A stretch of 64,000 bases of DNA from a virus, in the IMG/VR virus record IMGVR_UViG_3300001533_002283, positions 64,001-128,000 of that record; one strand, written 5' to 3'. Both the position numbers and the translations under genes were made by a program. Below the pieces are notes generated by a model. That model had not been told where the DNA came from. It saw only the letters and a list, made by a program, of their open reading frames with translations, and made no database searches. Below are positions 37,980-46,748 of this stretch, one piece after another. How positions within the stretch are numbered: position 1 is the stretch's first letter; every line of letters starts with the position of its first letter.

Positions 37980-38420
37980 TTAATTTAAAAGATTTTTATT
38001 TTCGAAATTATTTCCAACAACTTCATAGCTAAATACACTTCCGTTTTTGGGGCAGAACTCCCATTCTGAAACTGGGTAATAATTGTATTTAATAAAAGTC
38101 TCTTTATTTTCGTTAACACCGATTTCTGTTTTATATCTAGCGATAACTCCATTTCCTAGATGATAACATACTTCACAAAAGCAATTTCCCCTGCTTCCAG
38201 AAAAAACAAGAATATCTCCGATAAAAACTTTTTTGTTGTTTTTGTCAATACAATTCGTGGATGGTTGAACGACAAATCGACGATCTTTGTTTTTAATCGG
38301 TAAAAAATATCTACCATCAGACTCAAGAATGTTTCCCTCAACGTCCAACGCCAACTCATTATCATATCGTTTAGTCTGAGTATCCCATATTCTAAAAAAT
38401 TTTTGATATTGATTTGTCAT
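37980..38420 (-). CDS. YopX family protein
   Basis: FRIWD, T...DKN.K..F.GDI, EVVGN.FEN..LL. Confidence 0.75.
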   Translation of the reverse strand: MTNQYQKFFRIWDTQTKRYDNELALDVEGNILESDGRYFLPIKNKDRRFVVQPSTNCIDKNNKKVFIGDILVFSGSRGNCFCEVCYHLGNGVIARYKTEIGVNENKETFIKYNYYPVSEWEFCPKNGSVFSYEVVGNNFENKNLLN

Positions 38421-39295
38421 AATTTATTGTTAGTTTTTTCTAAAATTTTGGCTAGAACTTGATCTTGAGGGATGTTGTCGGTGCCGTGAAAAGAATAAAA
38501 AGAAAAGTTATTTGGATTATCGACAGATAGCGCAGAGGGATTGTTTTCATTACCCCAATGAATAGGAATAAGAGAAATTTGTGGAATAGAATACGCGCCG
38601 AGAACCAAGGCCGAACCAGAATCCGTTCCAATAACTAAATCACATTCCAAAGCCTCTTTAATCTGGTCGAAAAACGGAAGAGAATTTAAACGTAATACAG
38701 ATTGGTTTTTACCCCCAAATAATTCCCAATCTTTTTCGCCGCCAAATTGATAAATAAAATAACCACGAGCAATTAATGGTTCTAATAAAGACTCCCAATA
38801 GTGTAAACTTGGGTTACGAACGTTTTGTGCAGAGTATCCCGCCTGAATAAATGCCCCTATAATCTTCTTGGAGAAGTCTTTACGAGTTGAGGGCCAATAT
38901 TTTTTAAGTTGCGGACGACGCTCTTCCTCTGTCAATTTTTCCCACATGTCCATACTTAAACTAGCCATCCGCCACGTCTCAGAATATATCGAAAAGTGTC
39001 GCGGATAAAGATCATCCGGATGTTGGGGATTTATTTCCATGATATAGCTTGCTGAACGCATTTTCTCATAATCGCGTTTAGACTCAATCCCTTCCTTCCC
39101 ATCCGTGATATAAATCTCGTCAATCCATTCGCAATTGTAATAGATTGGGGCGATTTGCCTAACCTTATTTGCTGTTGGCCAAATCAGGTGTGATGATGGG
39201 AATAATTTCTTGAAATGACGGGCAATCGGTAGGGCTGCTACCTGATCTCCAATCATTTGCGCTCGGCCAATCCACAGAACGGGGCTTTCTTTCAT
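38417..39295 (-). CDS. GT9 (heptosyltransferase-like) glycosyltransferase
   Basis: IGD.VAALP..R..K..FP, CDLVIGTDSG. Confidence 0.8.
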   Translation of the reverse strand: MKESPVLWIGRAQMIGDQVAALPIARHFKKLFPSSHLIWPTANKVRQIAPIYYNCEWIDEIYITDGKEGIESKRDYEKMRSASYIMEINPQHPDDLYPRHFSIYSETWRMASLSMDMWEKLTEEERRPQLKKYWPSTRKDFSKKIIGAFIQAGYSAQNVRNPSLHYWESLLEPLIARGYFIYQFGGEKDWELFGGKNQSVLRLNSLPFFDQIKEALECDLVIGTDSGSALVLGAYSIPQISLIPIHWGNENNPSALSVDNPNNFSFYSFHGTDNIPQDQVLAKILEKTNNKL

Positions 39296-39382
39296 AGGTT
39301 TTTGTTTTTATTGTAAGCTCTCTGTTGTCCTTATCAAATACTTGGAGTAAGAAAAATCCATTTGAGTGTCTTTCTCCGCGCG

Positions 39383-40279
39383 TTACGAGACGTGATATAT
39401 ATTGTTTCTTGAGCAGAAGAGCTTGACTTCTTCTAATCCTTTTATATCAAAAATTTTATTTTCTTTTTTAAAAATTATCCTAGAATAAACATAATTTTTA
39501 TTTTTGGGTTTTATTTTTCTAGGGTTTAAAACCGTGAAGCCTCGATGGGATACCATCTTTTCTTTGAATAAGCATCCTACCGCTCCAGTGCTCAAGTCGT
39601 GCTCTCTACAAAATGCGGCTATGTTATCTACTTCATAAACTACATCGTCTTTTTTTAGAAATCTTGTTTTTGTTTTTCTATTCCTAGCCTTCATGTTGGC
39701 ATCTTTCAAATGAAATCCTTTTATTGACTTCATCTTATCAGCCAAAACCATAGATACTGCACTCCTGTATCTTTGCGGCCAGCCCATCTCCTCCACGAAC
39801 CCAGCTATCGAATTAAACTTATACTCAATCCCATCCTTATACAAGGAATAATCACCCAAAAACCTAGCCCTTTGTGATTTTCGCGCCCTTTCTCTAGTCT
39901 GTTCAGATAAAATCCGATTAGTCTTCCCTCCTCCGTTTAAGTTATATCCATTTGGACTTATGGTTTTATATTTTTCTATATAAAATTCCTCTAAAACATC
40001 AAGATCCTCTTTATTTTTAGAGTGTTCTAAAAGATAAATATAAAAGCTAGATTTTCCGTATTTTTTAACGGCTCTATAAAGCCTTGGGGCATCATGTTTA
40101 TTTGGCTTGAATCCTTTGTATCTTTTAGAGAAAGTTTTTGCCGTTTGACCTATATACATCATTCCATTTAGGCGATTCAAAATCAAATAAATGATATTCA
40201 ATTTGGTTTTAATATCCTCTTCGGAAGCAGAAATTAAATCTTTAATGCTCTCTGGAATTATGTCTATCGCCCTCTCCAT
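39383..40279 (-). CDS. GIY-YIG homing endonuclease with C-terminal repeats, last repeat frameshifted
   Basis: IIYLI.N..NG..YIGQT, LEEFYI, GYNL..GG. Confidence 0.85.
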   Translation of the reverse strand: MERAIDIIPESIKDLISASEEDIKTKLNIIYLILNRLNGMMYIGQTAKTFSKRYKGFKPNKHDAPRLYRAVKKYGKSSFYIYLLEHSKNKEDLDVLEEFYIEKYKTISPNGYNLNGGGKTNRILSEQTRERARKSQRARFLGDYSLYKDGIEYKFNSIAGFVEEMGWPQRYRSAVSMVLADKMKSIKGFHLKDANMKARNRKTKTRFLKKDDVVYEVDNIAAFCREHDLSTGAVGCLFKEKMVSHRGFTVLNPRKIKPKNKNYVYSRIIFKKENKIFDIKGLEEVKLFCSRNNIYHVS

Positions 40280-40281
40280 AT

Positions 40282-40818
40282 TTATACCCGAATAAATTTC
40301 TCCCCTGCCTTTACACCCCAACCATATAAGGCCATCTTATGGCCATTAGAAAAACGAAACAACAATTTCTCTGGATACTTCTCATCAACTAAAACTCCCT
40401 TGGTGTGAAAATCATCCATGAGAACAATTTGAGTTTTTAAATCACACTTTTCAAATTGAAATAATGCCTCATGGGGGCAAACCCCACCATCCAGATAAAC
40501 AAAATCGTAGGAATTATTAACGTGATTCTCTCCTTTGTCGCAAATAAAAGCGGCATCAGCGGCAAAATTATTCACAAGTTCCCTGCACAAATCAAGAGAT
40601 TCCTGATTAATGTCTATAACGGTCAAGTGTCCACCGTTTTTCTCCACATAATTCGCCCAATGAAGAGTGCTCCAACCATCGCCCGCGCGCCCGTTCAAAT
40701 CGCGGAGACAGCCCACTTCGATAAAAGTTGCTGGTTCGCCCTTTAGGTAAGTCAGCGCGGTTTTAAATACTTCATCGCGGGCGGAAGTTTCTGTTTTTAG
40801 TTTAGTTTTAATATCCAT
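40282..40818 (-). CDS. class I SAM-dependent methyltransferase
   Basis: IEVG, G.ST, VIDIN, DFVYLDG, MDD. Confidence 0.8.
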   Translation of the reverse strand: MDIKTKLKTETSARDEVFKTALTYLKGEPATFIEVGCLRDLNGRAGDGWSTLHWANYVEKNGGHLTVIDINQESLDLCRELVNNFAADAAFICDKGENHVNNSYDFVYLDGGVCPHEALFQFEKCDLKTQIVLMDDFHTKGVLVDEKYPEKLLFRFSNGHKMALYGWGVKAGEKFIRV

Positions 40819-40823
40819 GAGTG

Positions 40824-40976
40824 TTACCAAAATTTAGAGATAAAATGAAAAGCTACATAGCCGATTGCACCAATAAGTCCTAGTCCACCGATAAAGGTGA
40901 CTGACCATGTGACGATTAAAAACTTCTCAAAAGAAGTATGTTTGCGAAGAGAGGGCGGGTTTGAGATAGAATCCAT
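40824..40976 (-). CDS. small membrane protein (50 aa)
   Basis: MDSISNPP...FLIVTWSVTFIGGLGLIGAIGYVAFHFISKFW*. Confidence 0.6.
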   Translation of the reverse strand: MDSISNPPSLRKHTSFEKFLIVTWSVTFIGGLGLIGAIGYVAFHFISKFW

Positions 40977-40988
40977 AGGTTTTATTTG

Positions 40989-41576
40989 TTAAAGTTTAAT
41001 GTCACCGCGAAGATACCAAGAGTCGGTAACATCCATGTTAATTAACCTATAGTTATTTTCCTTAAACCAGTCAACCAATTTCTCATAATCCGGCGTGCGA
41101 TATTCCTCATTGTGCGTTTCCACACTTACGAACATCGGGCGGCTCACCATACGGGAAATGATCTTATACTCACATCCTTCCGTATCAATCAGCGCCACGT
41201 CAATATCACCCGTATCAATCTCGGCCATATCCCTCACATTCATTCTCACCCGTGGTTTTGCCGCAACCCACCCCTTCCCCATCTTCTGAGTCCCCAAAAC
41301 GAATGTCGGGGCAGCAACCTCGGCGGAACAGGTGGAGTCACCATCTTCTAAGAACTCGATAGTGTCGTTCTTATCGTATAGTCCAAAATTGTTAATTTCA
41401 ACATTGGGGATACTACCATAATGGGCGACCAAATCAGAATAAGTTTTGGGGTTCACTTCAAATAGTTTTAGCCGAATAGGGGTGTTGAAATAAGGTTGAG
41501 AGCGGGAGATATAGGGGTTGCCCACTCCGATTTCCCAAATATTTTTGGGGTTAAGTTGTTGGATGATTTCTTGCAT
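40989..41576 (-). CDS. FkbM family methyltransferase
   Basis: EIGVG, FEVNP, IDTEGCEY.I, VETH. Confidence 0.8.
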   Translation of the reverse strand: MQEIIQQLNPKNIWEIGVGNPYISRSQPYFNTPIRLKLFEVNPKTYSDLVAHYGSIPNVEINNFGLYDKNDTIEFLEDGDSTCSAEVAAPTFVLGTQKMGKGWVAAKPRVRMNVRDMAEIDTGDIDVALIDTEGCEYKIISRMVSRPMFVSVETHNEEYRTPDYEKLVDWFKENNYRLINMDVTDSWYLRGDIKL

Positions 41577-41585
41577 AGTATTATA

Positions 41586-42848
41586 TTAGAGTTTGTTAAG
41601 TTCGCGCGCCAAGTCAACCGCCATTTTAGGTGTGACCCCAGCATGTAAGCCAATGTAGATTGAGTTTTTGTGTAGATAATCCGCATTAGGATAATCCCTT
41701 GGGTTCCCAAGTCCCTTAAACGCCGTATGATAAAGCAAATTTGAACCAACTAATCCGCGATATCCAACGCCGACTGCTCCTAAATAGCCCTTTACCCGCT
41801 CGATTAAACCCTCATCAGGATAATCTGGGTTTTTCACAATGGGCAGGGCAAGTGGAACAAATTTATGAGATAAAAACCAATAAGAAGATAAATTTAAGAA
41901 TTTTTCCTTTGTCTCATTCAGGTCATAAATGCCACAGCCTTGAGAATCAAGCTCTGAATAAAAAAGATAGCTAATTTTTTGACGATATTTCTCCGACCAC
42001 TCTAAAGAACGATCAAAATCCAGAGAGTGCATATAAGCAATCAAGTTGGTCGTTCTGTAATTAGAGCCCATCACACAAAAATCAAAAGAGGGGTCAACGG
42101 AAAAATTCTTATACTTCTCTGGCATCCCCCGTGTCATCCCATGATTTCTCGCCATTTTTAACCAGTTGTAGGTTTCCTCGTCTTGGACAAAGCATAAGCC
42201 TGATTCCTGCATGCCGCTCGTAAAATGAGATGCATAAACTGATGTAGAAGAAAGAGTTATATTACAAAAATGTTTTTTGTAAAACTTGGTTGATAACCCA
42301 TCTCCATACGACGCCCAAGAAAAGGATGATTCACAATTGTCCAAATAAAGTGTTACACCTCTTTCTTTACAAATTTTTTCAATCTCCTCTAAATTACCAG
42401 ATTGACCAAGTAGAGTTGTGTAAAAAACGGTTTTGATTTCAGGGTCTTTATCTAACGTTTTTTGTATTTGTTCAGCAGAGGGGTTTAAATTACTTAACTC
42501 AACATCAACAAATACAGGTTTGAAAGAAAAATTAACAAAAACTGAGACTGAACTAATCCAATTCACCACATTAAAAAGAACTTTGTTTTCTCCGCATTTC
42601 CATAAACCTTGTTTTTTAAGTTCCTCTTTCCGATATAATGCAATCAATTCGTTCGCCGCGCTACCAGAGCCAACCATTACCACATAGGGACACCCCGTAT
42701 AATCACTCCATTTTTTTTCATACTTTTCGATTTCTGGTCCGACTGTCCACTTATCATTCGTCAGGAGAAATTTACTAATTTTTAGTTTGTCTAGTAGCGT
42801 CATGCTAGAATGACCTAATGGCCAATTAAACTTTTTCTTTTTGCTCAT
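41586..42848 (-). CDS. DegT/DnrJ-family PLP enzyme, ColD-like (GDP-4-keto-6-deoxymannose 3-dehydratase)
   Basis: SGS.AN, PVFVDV, LDNCES, SVYASH (His at the catalytic Lys position), RNHG, G.NYR. Confidence 0.78.
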   Translation of the reverse strand: MSKKKKFNWPLGHSSMTLLDKLKISKFLLTNDKWTVGPEIEKYEKKWSDYTGCPYVVMVGSGSAANELIALYRKEELKKQGLWKCGENKVLFNVVNWISSVSVFVNFSFKPVFVDVELSNLNPSAEQIQKTLDKDPEIKTVFYTTLLGQSGNLEEIEKICKERGVTLYLDNCESSFSWASYGDGLSTKFYKKHFCNITLSSTSVYASHFTSGMQESGLCFVQDEETYNWLKMARNHGMTRGMPEKYKNFSVDPSFDFCVMGSNYRTTNLIAYMHSLDFDRSLEWSEKYRQKISYLFYSELDSQGCGIYDLNETKEKFLNLSSYWFLSHKFVPLALPIVKNPDYPDEGLIERVKGYLGAVGVGYRGLVGSNLLYHTAFKGLGNPRDYPNADYLHKNSIYIGLHAGVTPKMAVDLARELNKL

Positions 42849-42853
42849 AAAAA

Positions 42854-43213
42854 TTATTCTTTGTTGTATCCTACCTTAATCTCTGCCGAGCCCCCACCGA
42901 AAAACTCGTCTTGAATTTTCTGTTTTGCTAAAAAGCGATTCCAGTTTAGGCCGTCAACCACAAGGGCGTCAACCCCACCTTTTTTAATCTCATCAACCAT
43001 CCTAAACACATCTAAATTAGCTTGAAGCAATTCTAAATACAAATCAGAACGATATGCGGCTAAAAACTTTTCCCCACCCTGCTCTTTTAAGTGTAAATAG
43101 CACTCGTCAAAAAGCCGTTGAGATTCCTCTGTTTTTGTTTGTAGACTTTTGATGCGCAAGATCGAAAGAAAGTCCAAAGCATAAGACTCTGATACTTTTA
43201 AATTATAGGGCAT
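42854..43213 (-). CDS. DUF6165-like protein (glycosyltransferase-associated)
   Basis: D.LSIL.IK ... AN..V...VD ... N..R..AK..I....G....EIK. Confidence 0.55.
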   Translation of the reverse strand: MPYNLKVSESYALDFLSILRIKSLQTKTEESQRLFDECYLHLKEQGGEKFLAAYRSDLYLELLQANLDVFRMVDEIKKGGVDALVVDGLNWNRFLAKQKIQDEFFGGGSAEIKVGYNKE

Positions 43214-44087
43214 TGACCACCTCCAAGATTTTACCCGCAACGCCAACTGGTGATGTTTTTTCTTTTAGGTTTTTCACGTAATGGTTATAAAGCCGATCTT
43301 TTAAATCTTGATTTTTTGCATTTTTCATCATAAAAGAAATAATCGTTTCCGGCTTATCAACATCATAATCATATTCAGGGAATAGCTCGCTTGGGATTAA
43401 CTCTTCCCTTGTCGTGAGTCGCGGATGAATTAGGGGGATACACCCACAGGCCATTGCTTCTATAGGTATCAACGAAAGTCCCTCCCATTCCCCGAAAGAG
43501 AAAGAAAAAGAAGCGGAGGAATAAAGATAAGAAAGTGTTTCGCTGTCAACTATTCCCAAGCTAATACCAACACCTCCGTATTCCGGACCCACATCAACAA
43601 CAACCTCTGAGTTTAAACCTATAGAAATCAAATCTTGAACGATTCTCGCGTTTTTATTCGGATCGTGCTTCCTCCCCACATTAATACAGAGGAATTTAAA
43701 GCTGCATTTTTCCATTAGCTGGATATTTGAAATTGGCTGATAGATGACGGCAGAATTAATATTGAAAAACTTAACTAATTGTCTTTGAACATGTAGCGAA
43801 ATTGAAGTAACCGCATCCGCATGGGACAATAATTTTTTACAATTATCTAACGAATACCCATTGGGTAGTAAAAACTCTGGTATGTCTAAAATATTCAGAA
43901 TCAACTTTGCATTTGGGCTCCGCGCCTTACATTCAATCGCCGCAGGGTGACTCCCCTCATCATTTGAATAAATAAAATCAGGGTTATTATCCGACTCGGT
44001 TAAGCCTAGCGCAAGAAACCCCGCCTTGATACGCTGAATCTGCCCCGTTTCTCCACCCCAGCCGAAACATTTAAAGGTTTTGATCAT
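43203..44087 (-). CDS. GT4 glycosyltransferase
   Basis: L..LYS.A, EGLSL.PIEAMACG. Confidence 0.85.
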   Translation of the reverse strand: MIKTFKCFGWGGETGQIQRIKAGFLALGLTESDNNPDFIYSNDEGSHPAAIECKARSPNAKLILNILDIPEFLLPNGYSLDNCKKLLSHADAVTSISLHVQRQLVKFFNINSAVIYQPISNIQLMEKCSFKFLCINVGRKHDPNKNARIVQDLISIGLNSEVVVDVGPEYGGVGISLGIVDSETLSYLYSSASFSFSFGEWEGLSLIPIEAMACGCIPLIHPRLTTREELIPSELFPEYDYDVDKPETIISFMMKNAKNQDLKDRLYNHYVKNLKEKTSPVGVAGKILEVVNAL

Positions 44088-44604
44088 CTTGATTTCTAAT
44101 TGGACTGAACTTGTTAAACTGATCATCCATCATAGAGAAGATAAACTGATCATCCGTCATAGAGAAAACGTCCTTTAGTTTTATGGGTGTAGGTAAATCA
44201 CCCGTAATTCTATCTGGCCCTTTGATTGTAATTTTCTTTTTAACTTGAAATGGGACACGAAAAAAGAAAAAGTTTAGATATTTGGTTTTGTAAATAACTT
44301 CTTCCCGCTCAAAAATAAAAGAAGCCGATATTTTTTCATCCCACGAAAAAACTCCATTAGAGTAAGAAATTCCGTAATTAGCTATAGTGACTTTAATATC
44401 ATCGGGAATCTGTGCCCATATTAAACGCGGCATTGACACGCTGTATTTACCCTTGATATAAGCCCCTTTAATTGCCTCAAATATAAATCCAAAATCTTTC
44501 ATTTCAGTCCGACCGACCCTAGTAACATACCATCCGTGCGGCCACTCGTTGGTAATTATCTTTTGTTTTTTACCTTTAAAAAGATTTTTTATTAGTTTTT
44601 TCAT
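44071..44604 (-). CDS. hypothetical protein
   Basis: Tightly packed ORF. Confidence 0.6.
   Translation of the reverse strand: MKKLIKNLFKGKKQKIITNEWPHGWYVTRVGRTEMKDFGFIFEAIKGAYIKGKYSVSMPRLIWAQIPDDIKVTIANYGISYSNGVFSWDEKISASFIFEREEVIYKTKYLNFFFFRVPFQVKKKITIKGPDRITGDLPTPIKLKDVFSMTDDQFIFSMMDDQFNKFSPIRNQDDQNL
44115..44166. repeat. 27-bp-period tandem duplication
   Basis: TAAACTGATCATCCRTCATAGAGAA twice; encodes FSMTDDQF / FSMMDDQF. Confidence 0.85.
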
Positions 44605-44605
44605 A

Positions 44606-45418
44606 TTATTTTATAATTAAATTATGCTTAAACATTTCCCGTTTTTCTAACTTACTTAACTCTGTCGCCACCTCAACCTCACGCCCCGCCTCCGCGCCCC
44701 ATTGTTTCCGCCAAAAATTCCGATTGATTTCGACTCTCCGCTCAAGATCAATCCATCCGTAGTGAACTACATAGGGTAAGTTTTGTTCGCGGAGAAAATT
44801 CGCAGCGGTTTCCTTAGTGGAAAAACTTGGTTCGTCAAAGTAGAGAAACGCGGGGACTAAATCCCCATAGGTGTTAAGAAGTTCGCAAGAGTCTGATTTG
44901 TTGGTGTCATGCGTCCCGTCCGCGTTCTTGGAGAAGTTAACCACTCCCCGCTTTAGCCCGCGCTTGTGCAAATACCACTTGGAGGTAAACGATGAAAAAT
45001 GTTCTTTGTCACTGTATAGATTTACCGAAGGGATAAACGCAGCTTGAAAAATATCACTCTCTAAAACAATCTCAGAAAGTTTATCCCAATATTCCAAATT
45101 ATGCAACGACATCTTTTCATCAAAGTCCAGTTGCAACAAAATGTCACCCCCGCACGCCTGTAATGCGGCGTTTTTCAAATCACCGTCAAAGGTGGGAGTA
45201 AATTGTTTTAACTCTGTCTTAATTACCCGCAATTTTGGATAATCCTTGGCTTTACCCAATAAATACTCGTAAGTCCTATCTGCATCCTCAATCGTCGCCA
45301 CTACCACCTCATCCGCCCAGACGGAAAAATTATCTAGGTGTTCATCAATATTGAACTTATTAGTTTTATAATTAAAAAGTGTGGTATAAATAGACTTCTT
45401 AAAAGTGGGAATTGACAT
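44606..45418 (-). CDS. GT-A fold glycosyltransferase (GT2-like)
   Basis: DEVVV, D.T, KNAALQAC.GD..LQLDFDE, HYGW. Confidence 0.8.
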   Translation of the reverse strand: MSIPTFKKSIYTTLFNYKTNKFNIDEHLDNFSVWADEVVVATIEDADRTYEYLLGKAKDYPKLRVIKTELKQFTPTFDGDLKNAALQACGGDILLQLDFDEKMSLHNLEYWDKLSEIVLESDIFQAAFIPSVNLYSDKEHFSSFTSKWYLHKRGLKRGVVNFSKNADGTHDTNKSDSCELLNTYGDLVPAFLYFDEPSFSTKETAANFLREQNLPYVVHYGWIDLERRVEINRNFWRKQWGAEAGREVEVATELSKLEKREMFKHNLIIK

Positions 45419-45426
45419 GATTGGTT

Positions 45427-45456
45427 AGTATTAACCTTTTTAATGAAACCCGTCAA
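45427..45456 (-). promoter_or_regulatory. promoter TTGACG-N18-AATACT heading the glycan cluster
   Basis: Motif 8 nt upstream of the GT2 start. Confidence 0.55.
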
Positions 45457-45974
45457 GAGAAATCTTTACGGGGCAATTCTTCCTCGCTAACAATTTTTAG
45501 TTCAAAATGATTATTGGTAACTACATCACCAGAGTATAATAAATAACCGTCTTTAATTTCGTGAATTTTATACCCATTGGTTTTAACTTTGTATGCGACG
45601 AACTCATTCATTTTATAGGTAAAAACCGATTCATACCTACAAAGTTCCACGTTAAGAATGAAATCCCTTAGTTTGTGGGGGTCTAATCTCTTATTACCAC
45701 CTACCAAAACAATCAAATCACATTGAGAATGAATTGCAGAGTCGATGGCCATTTGTTCTGGTTCGTAAGGATTAGAAGAATAAAAAACTTGATCTAGCCG
45801 GTAATCCATAAAATATTTTTCCGCCTCTTCGTCTTCTTTTTCCGTATGTGTTACTCCAATTATAACATACTTAAAGTTTAACAAATTATGTCGGCGAAAA
45901 AGTCTCAATTCGGCGCAATTTTTACGATAAAATTCCCCAAGGGGAGAATCAATGATAAAACAAATTTTTTTCAT
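45453..45974 (-). CDS. hypothetical protein, possibly a degenerate GT-A fold
   Basis: AI..A...CD.IV.VGG..R.D resembles the GT2 DxD strand without acids. Confidence 0.5.
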   Translation of the reverse strand: MKKICFIIDSPLGEFYRKNCAELRLFRRHNLLNFKYVIIGVTHTEKEDEEAEKYFMDYRLDQVFYSSNPYEPEQMAIDSAIHSQCDLIVLVGGNKRLDPHKLRDFILNVELCRYESVFTYKMNEFVAYKVKTNGYKIHEIKDGYLLYSGDVVTNNHFELKIVSEEELPRKDFS

Positions 45975-45978
45975 AATG

Positions 45979-46206
45979 TTATTTTAGGCCGCGTAGTTTT
46001 TTGAAGTCAGATATTCCTTCTAGTAGGGTTTCGTCCTCAACATGATACTTATCTTTCTTCGCGTAATCCCGTTCAAAAAGAGAGATAACTTGATAAAACC
46101 TCATATCAGGATATTTCTGCCAGACCGATTCAATCTGACCTAAAACCTCCTTGATTCGGGCCGGGTCGCGGGGCGGGGCGTTGAATAGTTTTCCGGTAAA
46201 GGGCAT
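45979..46206 (-). CDS. conserved hypothetical phage protein
   Basis: RDP.RI...L..I...W..YPD.RF.Q...ED. Confidence 0.65.
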   Translation of the reverse strand: MPFTGKLFNAPPRDPARIKEVLGQIESVWQKYPDMRFYQVISLFERDYAKKDKYHVEDETLLEGISDFKKLRGLK

Positions 46207-46211
46207 GAGTG

Positions 46212-46397
46212 TTATAATTTATTTTCCTTTTCTAATTCTTCCGCGAGTAAACCGTTGACTTTTTCTTGGGATGGTTCATCCAAGTCTGATATAAGCATGT
46301 GAGTTTTTCTATCCTCCCAAACGACCCACACCACGCCCTTATTGCGAGATAATCCCTCAAATTTAATTTTGCTTCCACTTGTCGTTCTTAAGTCCAT
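46212..46397 (-). CDS. hypothetical protein
   Basis: First gene of the leftward operon. Confidence 0.6.
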   Translation of the reverse strand: MDLRTTSGSKIKFEGLSRNKGVVWVVWEDRKTHMLISDLDEPSQEKVNGLLAEELEKENKL

Positions 46398-46405
46398 TGC
46401 GGAAG

Positions 46406-46471
46406 ATAGTCACTATTTTAACTCGCCTCGTCAAGAAAAAACTTGACTTTTTGCCCTAAAAGTTTAAAGAT
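46406..46471. promoter_or_regulatory. back-to-back divergent promoters (left TTGACG-N17-GACTAT; right TTGACT-N17-AAAGAT)
   Basis: GTCAAG-A6-CTTGAC palindrome at the point where the coding strand switches. Confidence 0.65.
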
Positions 46472-46477
46472 TCCTTT

Positions 46478-46581
46478 TGTTAGCCGAGATTTCATATAAA
46501 ATTCCCTATTAGCCCACCTGTCTCGGCATCCTAAAAACATTGAAAATCTCCCTTGGTTGACTCCTCGGGAGATTTTCTTTT
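46478..46581 (+). ncRNA. candidate ~100-nt small RNA
   Basis: Promoter, GCCGAGA/TCTCGGC stem with a large loop, then an 11-bp terminator stem; no ORF. Confidence 0.4.
46542..46581 (+). terminator. intrinsic terminator
   Basis: GAAAATCTCCC / GGGAGATTTTC perfect stem followed by TTTT. Confidence 0.7.
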
Positions 46582-46748
46582 GCCTAATTCAGTCCAACTT
46601 GAAGCCCTTTTTTGACGCAAAAATCCAACAAAACCTTGACATTCGGCCCAAATTCCAAAATACCTTACCTATGAAGATCGGAAAATTACATTACTTAGTA
46701 GGTGGTTATACCGGAAGGTATGGTGGTTGTATTTAGTATGTATTTAGT

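Noticed and set aside
24399-45418. DNA hypermodification (glucosyl-hmC or 7-deazaguanine) as the purpose of the GTs and GMP reductase
   Set aside because: No hydroxymethylase, TET/JBP, Que or DpdA genes in the window, and ThyX and ordinary MTases are present; not excluded for the rest of the genome
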